Positions 53,437-63,224 of a stretch of 64,000 nucleotides of DNA are shown here, in pieces (the stretch's first letter is position 1; each line of letters starts with the position of its first letter). Source of the stretch: an uncultured Alphaproteobacteria bacterium (GTDB lineage Bacteria; Pseudomonadota; Alphaproteobacteria; RF32; CAG-239); the NCBI GenBank assembly GCA_944391685.1, contig CALXUM010000003.1, forward strand, positions 9,481-73,480, read 5' to 3'. The notes beneath the pieces were generated by a model that saw only the letters and a program-made list of their open reading frames with translations, was not told where the DNA came from and did no database searches. The translations under genes and the position numbers were made by a program.

Positions 53437-54148
53437 AGGAACCTCTCAAAGCAGAACGATCAGAAGGATAAATGACTCGCAAACTACGATCTTGTAAATG
53501 AAGGCGAGGGTATGCAAAATCTTTTATCAATTTATCGCTGTGGGTGGCAATAACTACAGTAGTTCCAAGTTTATTCAGTTCAACAAAAAGCTTCATCAAT
53601 TTATTGGCAATAGTGTTATCAACATTTCCTGTCGGTTCATCAGCAAGTAAAAGTTCGGGCCTGTTTATTACGGCACGAGCGATGGCAATACGCTGTTTTT
53701 CACCTCCGGAGAGAGTGGCTGTAGCATCCAACATGTGTTGATCTAGCTCAACCCATCTTAAAAGTTCACTTACGCGTTTGCGAATCTCCTTTTCATCCAT
53801 GCCGCAAACTCGTAAGGGAAGGGCGACATTGTCAAAAGCACTTAAGTGGTCAAGTAAACGGAAATCCTGAAAAACAACCCCAATACGACGGCGAAGCATG
53901 GCTAGAGAATCGCGGTCAGTAAAGTTGATGTTGTGTCCGAAAACACTTATATTACCGCGGCTTGGCTTCTGTGCCAAATACATCATACTAAGCAGTGAGG
54001 TCTTGCCGGCACCGCTTTTACCGGTTAAGAAGTGGAAAGAGCCTTTTTTGAGAGAAAGCTTTATGTCGCTTAAGACTTCAGCTCCTTGTCCGTAGCGAAT
54101 ACCTACTCCTTGCATATCAATAATACTGTCATTTATTTTTTCCGGCAA
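53423..54148 (-). CDS. ftsE: cell division ATP-binding protein FtsE
   Basis: Walker A GKSGAGKTS, signature LSGGEKQR, Walker B LLLADEPTGN. Confidence 0.9.
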   Translation of the reverse strand: MPEKINDSIIDMQGVGIRYGQGAEVLSDIKLSLKKGSFHFLTGKSGAGKTSLLSMMYLAQKPSRGNISVFGHNINFTDRDSLAMLRRRIGVVFQDFRLLDHLSAFDNVALPLRVCGMDEKEIRKRVSELLRWVELDQHMLDATATLSGGEKQRIAIARAVINRPELLLADEPTGNVDNTIANKLMKLFVELNKLGTTVVIATHSDKLIKDFAYPRLHLQDRSLRVIYPSDRSALRGSYDQI

Positions 54149-54263
54149 TTTGTTCTCCTCGTAATTATGTTATTAAAGATATAGCAATTATTTTTTTAAT
54201 AAAGTACTTTTTTTCTTTGATTAAACGCTTTTTCAATTCTATATTGATGACAAGAGGTAAAAA

Positions 54264-55040
54264 ATGCGCATCTATTGTCCTAAATGTAAAGTCGGGTATG
54301 AAATTGACGAGAACTTAATACCCGAAGAAGGAAAAAAGCTTCATTGCAGTTATTGTCATGAAACATTTGTTGCTCATAAAGAGGATTTGATTGCAACACC
54401 GGTGTTGCCTAAAATAGAATCCGTGAAAACAACAGAAAATGTTGAAGAGAAAAATATTGAAGATGAAAAAGAATCAGAGGTTGACAATGTTGAAGTAAAA
54501 GCAATTTTTGATCGATTGGCAGAGCAAACCGAGAATCTGGCAAAGGAAGAACAAAATATTTCAGCAATAAAAAAAGTTTTTAGGGGGGTGCGTTCTTTAT
54601 TAGGACTTAATCGCAAAGTTAACAGATATATCTTTTCATTGTTATTGTTAGTTTTGATTACCTTACTTCTATATAATTATAGGTATGAAGTTGTTCGTAC
54701 GGCTCCTTTTATGAATTCTGTTTATAAATTTGTAGGGGTTAAAGCAAAAATACCGGGCGAAGGGTTGGAATTTCAAAATGTTACTTGGAATTCTGTTGAT
54801 GAGGGAGGCAATTTAAGATTAGAAGTTAAGGGATTTATATATAATCCAACAGATAAGGAAATAGAAGTTCCGATAATGAGAGTGGAAATGCTTGATAAGG
54901 ATGCTTTGATGTTGCAAAGTGTTAATCAAAAGCCATCTTTGACATCTCTTAAACCTGGCGGAAGATTAGCCGTAAGTGTAGTTATTAAGACACCGGTTCC
55001 TGATGCAAAATATGTTTATATGACTTTTATTGAAGAATAA
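54264..55040 (+). CDS. MJ0042-type zinc-ribbon protein with TM and a DUF3426-like C-terminal domain
   Basis: MRIYCPKCKVGYEIDENLIPEEGKKLHCSYCHETF (CxxC...CxxC), central TM, C-terminal beta-rich domain. Usual alpha-type neighbour of ftsEX. Confidence 0.6.
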   Translation: MRIYCPKCKVGYEIDENLIPEEGKKLHCSYCHETFVAHKEDLIATPVLPKIESVKTTENVEEKNIEDEKESEVDNVEVKAIFDRLAEQTENLAKEEQNISAIKKVFRGVRSLLGLNRKVNRYIFSLLLLVLITLLLYNYRYEVVRTAPFMNSVYKFVGVKAKIPGEGLEFQNVTWNSVDEGGNLRLEVKGFIYNPTDKEIEVPIMRVEMLDKDALMLQSVNQKPSLTSLKPGGRLAVSVVIKTPVPDAKYVYMTFIEE

Positions 55041-55042
55041 AA

Positions 55043-55942
55043 TCAACAGGAACGATTAATAATAAAATCTGCCAATTGTTGAAGAGTTTTACTACTATTT
55101 CCAAAAGGTAAAAGAGCTTGTTTGGCTTCTTTGATAAGGTCTTTTGCCATTTGTTTTGATTTGTCCAGACCATATAATCCAACAAAAGTAAGTTTGCCCT
55201 GTGCCGCATCTTTGTTAAGGGCTTTTCCTACCAATACGGGGTTTCCTTCAACGTCCAAAATATCATCGGCAATTTGGAAAGCAACACCGATTTTACGAGA
55301 ATATGTGATTAAGGCTTGGCGTAACTTTTTATCGGCTTTTCCTAAAACGGCTCCGGCTTCACAGGCAAAACGAATCAGACGACCGGTTTTCATTTCTTCA
55401 ATGTGGTTTATAATTTCTTCCAAATGGTAAGATGCGTTGTCTTGTTCGCTGTATAGATCCAACATTTGTCCGGCAACCATGCCGTCAAAAGCTCCGGCGG
55501 CAGATGCAAGAAGAGATACGAGTTCGCATCTTATTTTTGTTGAAGAAGATGCTTGTGGAGAGGATATAAGCTCAAAGGCATAGGTTAATAATCCGTCACC
55601 GGCTAAAATAGCGGTTGCTTCATCAAATTTTTTATGACATGTGGGTTTACCGCGACGTAAATCATCATTATCCATAGCGGGAAGATCATCATGAATAAGA
55701 GAATAAGAATGCAGGCATTCTAAAGCGGCAGCAACAGGAAAGGATTTTTCTTTAGGTATGCCAAAAAGCGTCGCCGTTTCAGCAACCAAGAAGGGACGCA
55801 ATCTTTTACCGCCGTTGGAAACAGAGTAATACATTGCCTCAACCACTTTTTTTTCAGCTCCTTGAGGGAGAGGGAATAGGTCTTTCAATTTTTCATTAAA
55901 CCATGAAGAATATTCAACCAACACAGCTTTAAAGTCGTCCAT
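55043..55942 (-). CDS. ispA: (2E,6E)-farnesyl diphosphate synthase
   Basis: FARM LIHDDLPAMDNDDLRRGKPT and SARM FQIADDILD. Confidence 0.85.
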   Translation of the reverse strand: MDDFKAVLVEYSSWFNEKLKDLFPLPQGAEKKVVEAMYYSVSNGGKRLRPFLVAETATLFGIPKEKSFPVAAALECLHSYSLIHDDLPAMDNDDLRRGKPTCHKKFDEATAILAGDGLLTYAFELISSPQASSSTKIRCELVSLLASAAGAFDGMVAGQMLDLYSEQDNASYHLEEIINHIEEMKTGRLIRFACEAGAVLGKADKKLRQALITYSRKIGVAFQIADDILDVEGNPVLVGKALNKDAAQGKLTFVGLYGLDKSKQMAKDLIKEAKQALLPFGNSSKTLQQLADFIINRSC

Positions 55943-55947
55943 GTTTT

Positions 55948-56193
55948 TTAATCCTCCGGAGTTGCAAAATCAGATGTGGAAATTTCACCAGAGGGAGAAA
56001 TTTCTATTTTTTCTATTTTTAACTGAGCAGCTTTAAGTTTGCTTTCACACAGTTGTTTTAGTGCAACAGCTTTTTCATATGCATTAACGGCATCGTCAAG
56101 TTTTATTTTGCCGCTTTCAAGTTCTCGAACAATGTTTTCCAACTGCTGCATTGCTTCTTCAAAGCTAAGATCGTTATTGTTATTTTCTGTCAT
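55948..56193 (-). CDS. xseB: exodeoxyribonuclease VII small subunit
   Basis: LSFEEAMQQLENIVRELESGKIKLDDAVNAYEKAVALKQLCESKL. xseB-ispA pairing. Confidence 0.85.
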   Translation of the reverse strand: MTENNNNDLSFEEAMQQLENIVRELESGKIKLDDAVNAYEKAVALKQLCESKLKAAQLKIEKIEISPSGEISTSDFATPED

Positions 56194-56389
56194 AATATAT
56201 TGTGCTCCTAAACTTTAGTTGTGTTTATATTATTATATATTAAAAAGAATATCAATCTTTGTTGAAGGTTATTAAACTTTATTCTCAAGTCTTAAGTATA
56301 GCTAGCAATTAGCTTTACTATAACTGTTTTTGGGCAGTGTTTTATGATATGCTAATAATAACATTAGGCCTTAAAAAACGGAGGACGAT

Positions 56390-56656
56390 ATGATTAGATT
56401 TGAAATAGGAAAAGCTGCCAAACTTCTTAAAGCGATAGGTAATGAAAAAAGGTTGGATATTGTTTATAATCTTTCATTGGCCGAAATGAGCGTTGGAGAA
56501 TTGGAAAAAGTGGTTGATTTGAGCCAATCAGCTTTATCTCAGCACTTGGCTATTTTAAGAGCGGCTGATATCGTCAAAACCAGACGCAGTGCTCAAACGA
56601 TTTATTATTCGCTCAAAAGCGAAGAAGTGAAAAAAATTTTAGAAATTTTTATTTAG
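56390..56656 (+). CDS. ArsR/SmtB-family transcriptional regulator (no Cys)
   Basis: LKAIGNEKRLDIVYNL...SVGELEKVVDLSQSALSQHLAILRAADIVKTRRSAQTIYYSL winged-HTH pattern. Confidence 0.7.
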   Translation: MIRFEIGKAAKLLKAIGNEKRLDIVYNLSLAEMSVGELEKVVDLSQSALSQHLAILRAADIVKTRRSAQTIYYSLKSEEVKKILEIFI

Positions 56657-57816
56657 TTTTTAGAATTTTGGTAAAATTCTATATGATGATTTTTAGGGTT
56701 GTAACCAATTGAAAGTTCACCGTTTCTGAGTTTTAGAGCTTGAGAACCAAAAATTTCGTAACGCCAACCTTGAAGAGCAGAACAATCATTATCTTTGAAA
56801 GAGCTTAGTTTGGATAAATCTTCGTCAGAAGCGATAACTCTGGCAACGACTTTATTTTGTTGACTGATGATTTTTAGTAACATTTTTAATAGTTCCGATA
56901 AAGGGGAATTTTGTGAAAAAGGAATCTTTATTTCAGGAGGTGTTACATATTCTTCAGGGGGAATGTTAATTGCTTGCTTAATCACTTCAACAATCTCATC
57001 TCCCAGTTTTCCGGCAGCAATGTCTTTAGGTAAAGAACGAATCTCCGATAATTCTTCTTTGTTTTGCGGACAAGAAGAGCAAATGGTTAGCAAAGCTTCG
57101 TCTTTTATATAACGTTGACGGGGAATATTTCGTCGTTGAGAACGTTCTTCCCGCCAAGCAGCCAGCTCACGTAATATAGTTAGAAATCTGGCATTATGTG
57201 AATGATGGCGAATCCTTTTCCATGCATCTTGCGGATTAATAATATAATTTGACGGATTGTTCAGAATAGCCATTTCTTCGTCAATCCAATGTAAGCGATT
57301 ATTCTTTTCGAGATAATCTTTAAGATAAGTGTATATATTTACCAAATGAGTAACATCAGAGAGGGCATATTCAAGTTGTTTATCATTTAGAGGTCTTTTG
57401 CTCCAATCGGAAAGACGAGAGCTTTTGTCAAGCGTTATGCCTAAAATGCTTTTTACCAGATTTTCATAACTGATGCTTTCTCCGAATCCACAAACCATGG
57501 CGGCAATCTGAGTATCAAAAAGAGGGGTGGGAATTTTTCCGCTTAAATTGAAAATTATTTCAATATCCTGACGTCCGGAATGAAAAACTTTGGTAACGGA
57601 TTTATTTTGCATTAAATCAAAAAAAGATTGTAAACTGAGCCCTTCAGATAAAGGATCTATGATGGCACATTTTTTTGATGAGCCTATTTGAATAAGACAT
57701 GGTTTGGCAAAATATGTTTTTTCACGCAAAAACTCAAAATCAACGGTAACAAAGGGTTGTTTAGATAAGCTAGAACATAATGTTTCCAGCTCAGAAGTTT
57801 TATCAATAAAATTCAT
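56653..57816 (-). CDS. rnd: ribonuclease D
   Basis: DEDD exonuclease motifs (VTVDFEF, KVFHSGRQDIE, YALSDVTHL) plus an HRDC-like C-terminal part. 387 aa. Confidence 0.85.
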   Translation of the reverse strand: MNFIDKTSELETLCSSLSKQPFVTVDFEFLREKTYFAKPCLIQIGSSKKCAIIDPLSEGLSLQSFFDLMQNKSVTKVFHSGRQDIEIIFNLSGKIPTPLFDTQIAAMVCGFGESISYENLVKSILGITLDKSSRLSDWSKRPLNDKQLEYALSDVTHLVNIYTYLKDYLEKNNRLHWIDEEMAILNNPSNYIINPQDAWKRIRHHSHNARFLTILRELAAWREERSQRRNIPRQRYIKDEALLTICSSCPQNKEELSEIRSLPKDIAAGKLGDEIVEVIKQAINIPPEEYVTPPEIKIPFSQNSPLSELLKMLLKIISQQNKVVARVIASDEDLSKLSSFKDNDCSALQGWRYEIFGSQALKLRNGELSIGYNPKNHHIEFYQNSKN

Positions 57817-57961
57817 TTTTTTCTCTTTTTGATTTTAACTTTAAAAAAATTTAGCAAAACAAGTTTAATATTTTTTTAATTACTTGTCTTTTTGATGTTG
57901 CTTTTATCGCTTTTTAGTAATAAAAGTTAGGAATGTTTTTATATGTATTTTGAGGTAGGTT

Positions 57962-59731
57962 ATGCAAGAATATCGTACACATACTTGTGGAGAGCTGCGG
58001 GCATCTGATGTTGATAAGGAAGTAAAATTAAGCGGGTGGATTCATCGTAAACGTAATTTGGGTAATTTATGCTTTGTAGATTTGCGAGATCATTACGGAA
58101 TTACACAGTGTGTGGTGAACAGTGATTCTGATTTATTTGCAAAAATAGAGAATCTGCGTCCGGAATCGGTTATCGGTATAACCGGTAGGGTGGTTATGCG
58201 TGAAAGTATAAACAAAAATATGCCAACCGGAGATATTGAAATTAAAATAACCGGATTGGAAGTGTATTCGGAAGCTGAGGTTTTGCCTTTTCAGGTGGCA
58301 ATTGAAGATGATGCACCGGAAGAAATTCGCCTCAAATATCGTTTTTTGGATTTGCGTAAAGAGCGTGTGCATAAAAACATTATGTTGCGTTCGGCAGTTA
58401 TTCAGCGTTCAAGAGAGTTGATGCGTGAGCAAGGTTTTACCGAATTCCAAACACCGATTTTGACGGCATCATCGCCAGAGGGAGCACGTGACTTTTTGGT
58501 GCCATCGCGTTTGAACCCAGGAAAATTTTATGCTCTTCCACAGGCTCCGCAACAATTCAAACAATTGTTGATGGTTTCAGGTTTTGATAAGTATTTTCAG
58601 GTTGCTCCTTGTTTTCGTGATGAGGATCCAAGAGCCGATCGTTCTCCGGGAGAGTTTTATCAGCTTGATATGGAAATGAGTTTTGCTACTCAAGATGGTG
58701 TTTTTAAGGTTATAGAGCATACTTTAGGTACTATATTTAATGAATTTGCCAACGGCAAAAAAGTTGATCAGGCTCCGTTTATTCATATTCCGTTCCGCGA
58801 GGCTATGCTTAAATATGGTTCGGACAAACCTGATTTGCGTAATCCGTTGATGTTGCAAGATGTAACTTCTTTGTTTGGTGACAGCGGGTTCGGAGTTTAT
58901 GACACACTGGCTAAAGAAGGAAAAATGATTAAAGGTATGTTGGTTAAAGGTATTGCCGACAAACCTCGTTCGTTTTTTGATAAGTTGGATGCTTTTGCCA
59001 AAGAAGAAGGTATGGGCGGAGTTGCTTATATCGCTTGGGTCACATCCGGTGTTAAGGGTATCTCACGTATGATGAGTGAAGCTAAAATTGCCGAGATTAA
59101 ACAAGCTTTAGGAGCATCAGATAATGATGCAGCCTTATTTATGGTTGGCAAAGGAATTAAGTTTGATAAATTTAGCGGCCGTTTGCGTAATAAAGTTGGC
59201 GAAGAGCTAGGACTTGTTGATAAAAACTCTTTCAAGATGTGTTGGATTGTGGATTTTCCGTTTTATGAGGAAAATGAAGAAACCGGCGAGGTAGAGTTTT
59301 CACACAATCCGTTCTCTATGCCGCAAGGCGGAATGGACGCGTTGTCAAATAAAAATCCGCTTGATATATTGGCTTATCAATATGATTTTGTTTGTAACGG
59401 TGTTGAGCTGTTATCAGGCGGCGTGCGTAATCATTCTCCGGAGATTATGTATAAGGTTTTTGAGATTGCCGGTTATGATCATAGCGTGGTTGACAATAAA
59501 TTCGGGGGAATGATTAATGCCTTTAAGTTTGGAGCTCCTCCGCACGCAGGATCGGCTTATGGCATGGATCGTTTGGTAATGTTGTTGCTTGATGAGGAGA
59601 TTATTCGCGACGTTATTGCTTTTCCGCTTAACGGTAAGGCACAAGATTTGATGATGCAGGCTCCTAACACAGTGACAGAAAAGCAGCTTAAAGAATTGCA
59701 CATCAAAATAGATTTGAAAGAAAATAAATAA
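57962..59731 (+). CDS. aspS: aspartate--tRNA ligase
   Basis: OB-fold N-terminus ([24 protein letters not shown]), class II motifs [14 protein letters not shown]-like, [26 protein letters not shown]. 589 aa. Confidence 0.95.
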   Translation: MQEYRTHTCGELRASDVDKEVKLSGWIHRKRNLGNLCFVDLRDHYGITQCVVNSDSDLFAKIENLRPESVIGITGRVVMRESINKNMPTGDIEIKITGLEVYSEAEVLPFQVAIEDDAPEEIRLKYRFLDLRKERVHKNIMLRSAVIQRSRELMREQGFTEFQTPILTASSPEGARDFLVPSRLNPGKFYALPQAPQQFKQLLMVSGFDKYFQVAPCFRDEDPRADRSPGEFYQLDMEMSFATQDGVFKVIEHTLGTIFNEFANGKKVDQAPFIHIPFREAMLKYGSDKPDLRNPLMLQDVTSLFGDSGFGVYDTLAKEGKMIKGMLVKGIADKPRSFFDKLDAFAKEEGMGGVAYIAWVTSGVKGISRMMSEAKIAEIKQALGASDNDAALFMVGKGIKFDKFSGRLRNKVGEELGLVDKNSFKMCWIVDFPFYEENEETGEVEFSHNPFSMPQGGMDALSNKNPLDILAYQYDFVCNGVELLSGGVRNHSPEIMYKVFEIAGYDHSVVDNKFGGMINAFKFGAPPHAGSAYGMDRLVMLLLDEEIIRDVIAFPLNGKAQDLMMQAPNTVTEKQLKELHIKIDLKENK

Positions 59732-59737
59732 AATTAA

Positions 59738-59764
59738 AAGCCCCTTGAAGTGAGGGGCTTTTGT
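59738..59764. terminator. bidirectional hairpin terminator
   Basis: AAGCCCCT / AGGGGCTT stem followed by TTTT. Lies between convergent aspS and the thioredoxin-like gene. Confidence 0.6.
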
Positions 59765-59766
59765 TA

Positions 59767-60003
59767 TTAAGAACGGAACCAACTATTTGCCTGTTCGTTG
59801 CTTGGTATTCTTCCTGAAAAAACAATTTCTCCATCAATTATTACTGCCGGTGTTGATATTACACCATAAGAAATGATAGTAGCAATATCTTCTATTTTTT
59901 CAATCGTTCCGGAAAATTTGTTGTCCTTTGCCGCATTTTCAATAACTTGAAATGTAGCTTTGCACTTCGGACAACCGGTGCCTAATATTTTTATTTCTTT
60001 CAT
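59767..60003 (-). CDS. small thioredoxin-fold protein (glutaredoxin-like, redox-active-disulfide-protein-2 type)
   Basis: Start at MKEIKILGTGCPKCK (CxxC), 78 aa. Last gene of an ArsR-permease-thioredoxin-like operon. Confidence 0.7.
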   Translation of the reverse strand: MKEIKILGTGCPKCKATFQVIENAAKDNKFSGTIEKIEDIATIISYGVISTPAVIIDGEIVFSGRIPSNEQANSWFRS

Positions 60004-60013
60004 AATATTTCCC

Positions 60014-60991
60014 CTATAGTAAATTAAGTAAATAGCCAGTAGCAATAAATGCCACCAACAAATAACCGATGAATATCATCAAAAGTTTCAAGCTAAACAC
60101 TTTTTTGAGCATCATCATCTCTGGCAAAGAAATTGTGGCAATACTCATAAAAGCCACCAAAGCCGTACCGACCGGAACACCTTTCATCAATAAAACTTGA
60201 ACCAAAGGTACAATGCCTGCTTGAGAAGCATAAATCGGAATACCGACGATAGCGGCAAAAGGCACAGCCCAAATATTATCCGCTCCCATATATTTTACAA
60301 AAAACTCTTGCGGAATATAGCCATGCATATAAGCACCGATGGTTAAGCCGATTAAGATATAAAGGTATAACGATTTAACCAAATTCCAAGAAAATGTATG
60401 GGCATATTTGATTAAGGCAACAGCTTTTTCTTTCATAGATGAGCAAGCACATACAGGAGGTGTCGTCTTAGGAATATTAAGAGCTAAATATTTTTCTACA
60501 TGAAATTTATCAGCCAAATATCCGGCCAAAACCGAAATAATTGTTCCGGAAATAATATAAATTGAAACAATATAAACCCCATAATTTCCCATACTAAGGA
60601 GCATTATTGCCGCAATTTCACTAATCAAGGGCGAGCTAACCAAAAATGCCACGCTCACACCAAATGGGACACCTGCTGCCAAAAAAACCATAAATAACGG
60701 GATGGAAGAGCAAGAGCAGAAAGGTGTCACCACACCCAAGAATACCGCTAAGAAATAACCGCTCCAGCGCGATTTTCCGGATAAATAATCTCTGACGCGT
60801 TCCGGACTAAGCTGCGAGCGAAACAAAGATATAATGAATATTAATAAATATAAAAGGACAAAGATTTTGGTGCTATCTTCAATAAAAAATGCACGGCAGA
60901 ACCAAGATGCGTTTCTTTTGTGAGGCCCATTTGCAAAATAGACCAATCGGCCAAACGCGTAAATATATCTAACAATTGCATTCTCCTTCAC
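60014..60991 (-). CDS. permease (UPF0718/DUF318-type, ArsP-like)
   Basis: Multi-TM with VVTPFCSCSSIPLF and a second Cys pair (PPVCACSS). Operon context with ArsR. Confidence 0.65.
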   Translation of the reverse strand: MKENAIVRYIYAFGRLVYFANGPHKRNASWFCRAFFIEDSTKIFVLLYLLIFIISLFRSQLSPERVRDYLSGKSRWSGYFLAVFLGVVTPFCSCSSIPLFMVFLAAGVPFGVSVAFLVSSPLISEIAAIMLLSMGNYGVYIVSIYIISGTIISVLAGYLADKFHVEKYLALNIPKTTPPVCACSSMKEKAVALIKYAHTFSWNLVKSLYLYILIGLTIGAYMHGYIPQEFFVKYMGADNIWAVPFAAIVGIPIYASQAGIVPLVQVLLMKGVPVGTALVAFMSIATISLPEMMMLKKVFSLKLLMIFIGYLLVAFIATGYLLNLL

Positions 60992-61274
60992 ACCAATCTG
61001 TCAGCAAAAATTTGGTAATTTTTTTAATCAAACAACATTGGGGTTTATAAAAAATTTGTTTTCCTTTTTTTTCAAAAACACAAAGCCCAACATTGGCCAT
61101 CAAGCTCAAGTGAAAAGACAATGTATTTCTTGGCAAATCATTCATCAAAGCGGAAATTTCCGTCGGGGTAATTCCATCTTGGCTATGTTCCACCAAGATT
61201 CTAAAAATTTGCAAACGTGTTTCATTGCTTAAGGCATCAAATACGGCAGCAATATTATTTAAGTTTTTTTTCAT
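60969..61274 (-). CDS. ArsR-family metalloregulator with a Cys-rich C-terminus
   Basis: FDALSNETRLQIFRIL...TPTEISALMNDLPRNTLSFHLSLM HTH. C-terminal CC...WCEGECNC. Confidence 0.75.
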   Translation of the reverse strand: MKKNLNNIAAVFDALSNETRLQIFRILVEHSQDGITPTEISALMNDLPRNTLSFHLSLMANVGLCVFEKKGKQIFYKPQCCLIKKITKFLLTDWCEGECNC

Positions 61275-61299
61275 GTAAATTTCCTATATGTTGTTTCTA

Positions 61300-61321
61300 T
61301 ATTTCTAGAATTATAGAAATA
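61300..61321. promoter_or_regulatory. candidate ArsR operator (near-palindrome)
   Basis: TATTTCTAGAATTATAGAAATA, a 22-nt imperfect inverted repeat 26 nt upstream of the arsR-like start. Confidence 0.3.
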
Positions 61322-61465
61322 ATGTATATCTAAGTCAGGAATATTTTGTTTTATGAAAATATAGTTGATTGTTAGATACTGAAGTTTAATATAAAATAAA
61401 ATCTTTTTCTTTGAGATGTTCTTAAATTAAATAAAGAAAAGAGAATTTGCATTAATCGACTTTAA

Positions 61466-61492
61466 AAACAAAAAAACGCCTCTTAAAGGCGT
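61466..61492 (-). terminator. terminator downstream of the tRNA fragment (native tRNA flank)
   Basis: ACGCCT / AGGCGT stem. On the minus strand it is followed by a T-run. Confidence 0.5.
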
Positions 61493-61505
61493 ATTTTGTT
61501 TTTAA

Positions 61506-61550
61506 TGGTGCCGATTGAGAGACTTGAACTCCCGACCCACTGATTACAAA
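61506..61550 (-). pseudogene. 3' half of a tRNA-Thr(TGT)-like gene (anticodon loop to CCA); 5' half absent
   Basis: Reverse complement TTTGTAA-TCAGT-GGGTC-GGGAG-TTCAAGT-CTCTC-AATCGGC-A-CCA = anticodon loop, 3' anticodon stem, variable loop, T-arm, acceptor 3' strand, CCA. The sequence beyond 61550 cannot pair as the 5' anticodon stem, D-arm or acceptor. Confidence 0.6.
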
Positions 61551-61735
61551 TCGACTGCGCTTATAAAATATTATCTTTATAAATCAATATGTTAATCTTA
61601 AAATTTTAGCGATTTTTTAGCCGAGCTACCACCGAGCAACCACGCTAAAACAAGCTACCTCCAGCTTATTACAATGGATAGTGGAATCACCAAAAAAATC
61701 TTTTTTATCCAGAAAAGAGAATAAATTTTCTGCTT

Positions 61736-62608
61736 TTATTCTGAAATAGAGAAATAAGACATCGCATCTTTTATAAGATTGTCAATTAACTCTTTGTGCT
61801 TTTTATATTCTTCATATCCCGATAATTTTATATCATACACCTTCCATCGTGCCTTATAACTTACATCTAATCCTGAATTTTCTAGCTCTTTAAGCTTTTC
61901 AAGATCTTCAGTTCCTTTTATAACAAGATATAAAAATGATTTTTTAGGTTTAAATGATATAAAGTTTTTTGCTATTCCATCTTTAACCAAACCAATATAA
62001 AATTTATTATATTTTAGCTCATATCCGGTAGCAAATTGACCAATATCTGCAAAAATACTATCTACAGACTTGAGCATTTTTGCATTGCTGTTTGTTTCCC
62101 AATATTTTCTATCTGTAATTTCGTATTGTTCTTCTTCATCTGTTCCCAAGGTCATCCTATCTAAAACTTTTGTAAATGTTAAGGATATGTTATCTCCAAC
62201 TTTATATGCTGCAATTTGAATAGCTATTAATGGAATATGTCCATTAAATAAAGAAATAACATTCATAAATCTAGATGTAATTTCTTCAGCTACAATGACT
62301 GCACAGTGATCATAATTAGGATAACGCTTTTTTTCTGTATCCCAATATTCAATTGTTCTAATTATATGGCTAGGGTCAGTTGCTCCTAACTGAATTTCCA
62401 CTTCATATCTTGCTCCATCATCGTCTCCAAGCAGTATATCTAACCTTCCGCCAGCAGGTTGGTTTTTTTCTCTCATTAGAGGTGTTAATTCACCTAAACC
62501 TAGCACACTCGGATTATTAAAGATAAAATTTTGTATTAAATCTTCCTTTATTTGGGGATTTCCTTTTAATGAAATTCTTTCTAACTGTATTAATTCAGCC
62601 ATAGTCAT
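61736..62608 (-). CDS. PD-(D/E)XK nuclease-like N-terminal domain protein (290 aa)
   Basis: GGRLDILLGDDDGARYEVEIQLGATDPSHIIRTIEYW resembles the G-R-x-D...E-x-K core plus the downstream Q/R..Y of NucS/Cap4-type nucleases (Gln in the Lys position). AT-rich island context. Confidence 0.5.
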   Translation of the reverse strand: MTMAELIQLERISLKGNPQIKEDLIQNFIFNNPSVLGLGELTPLMREKNQPAGGRLDILLGDDDGARYEVEIQLGATDPSHIIRTIEYWDTEKKRYPNYDHCAVIVAEEITSRFMNVISLFNGHIPLIAIQIAAYKVGDNISLTFTKVLDRMTLGTDEEEQYEITDRKYWETNSNAKMLKSVDSIFADIGQFATGYELKYNKFYIGLVKDGIAKNFISFKPKKSFLYLVIKGTEDLEKLKELENSGLDVSYKARWKVYDIKLSGYEEYKKHKELIDNLIKDAMSYFSISE

Positions 62609-62639
62609 CTCCTTTTTATTATTAGTTTGAAATTGTTCA

Positions 62640-63089
62640 CTAATCTATAAATGTAAATGTTTCATATTTTAAATTATGCTTATCGCAAAAATTTTGAAAA
62701 TATTCCGTCGATGTTTCTTTGGGAAATAGCTCCTTCAATTTAGATAAGATTTTGTGTCCGTTGCATTGATACATATCATATAATTTTTGTGTTGCTTCTT
62801 CCGTAAGAGTTAAGTGTCTTTCATAACATCCATAAAGTCCTGCTGGATCATAATATTCTATATCCAACTTATTATCCTTTATATGTGCAGTAATATAGAG
62901 ACCGTCTTTGTTACAAATATCTAGCGATAAGTGTTGTTGTACTTTTAGTGGTTTATTTACTTTTTTTTTCAAGTTCTTTGTTTTGGAGGTATATAATGCT
63001 GCTTTGACATGGATAGGAAGTTCCATTTTGCTTATTTCATCAAGGATTTTATCCTTTTCTTTATTAAATTGAATCTCGTTCATATACAA
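62640..63089 (-). CDS. hypothetical protein (149 aa)
   Basis: ORF 31 nt upstream of the nuclease-like gene on the same strand. No recognised motif. Confidence 0.45.
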   Translation of the reverse strand: MYMNEIQFNKEKDKILDEISKMELPIHVKAALYTSKTKNLKKKVNKPLKVQQHLSLDICNKDGLYITAHIKDNKLDIEYYDPAGLYGCYERHLTLTEEATQKLYDMYQCNGHKILSKLKELFPKETSTEYFQNFCDKHNLKYETFTFID

Positions 63090-63224
63090 CCTCTAAGAAA
63101 CTATGTTATTCTAAAACTACCAATAATGATAGTATATTAAAACTTGTAGTATTTCAATGTATTTAATTTAATTTTGAATTTTTTTAAATTTTTGCCTCTT
63201 TATTAAGCCGTCAAATTTGTAATA

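Noticed and set aside
61611-61640. tRNA D-arm-like string CCGAGCTACCACCGAGC, considered as the missing 5' half of the tRNA-Thr fragment or a second tRNA.
   Set aside because: Its two GAGC/GCTC blocks are direct repeats, not complementary. No acceptor strand matching AATCGGC is present, and the roughly 70-nt spacing is too short for a group I intron.
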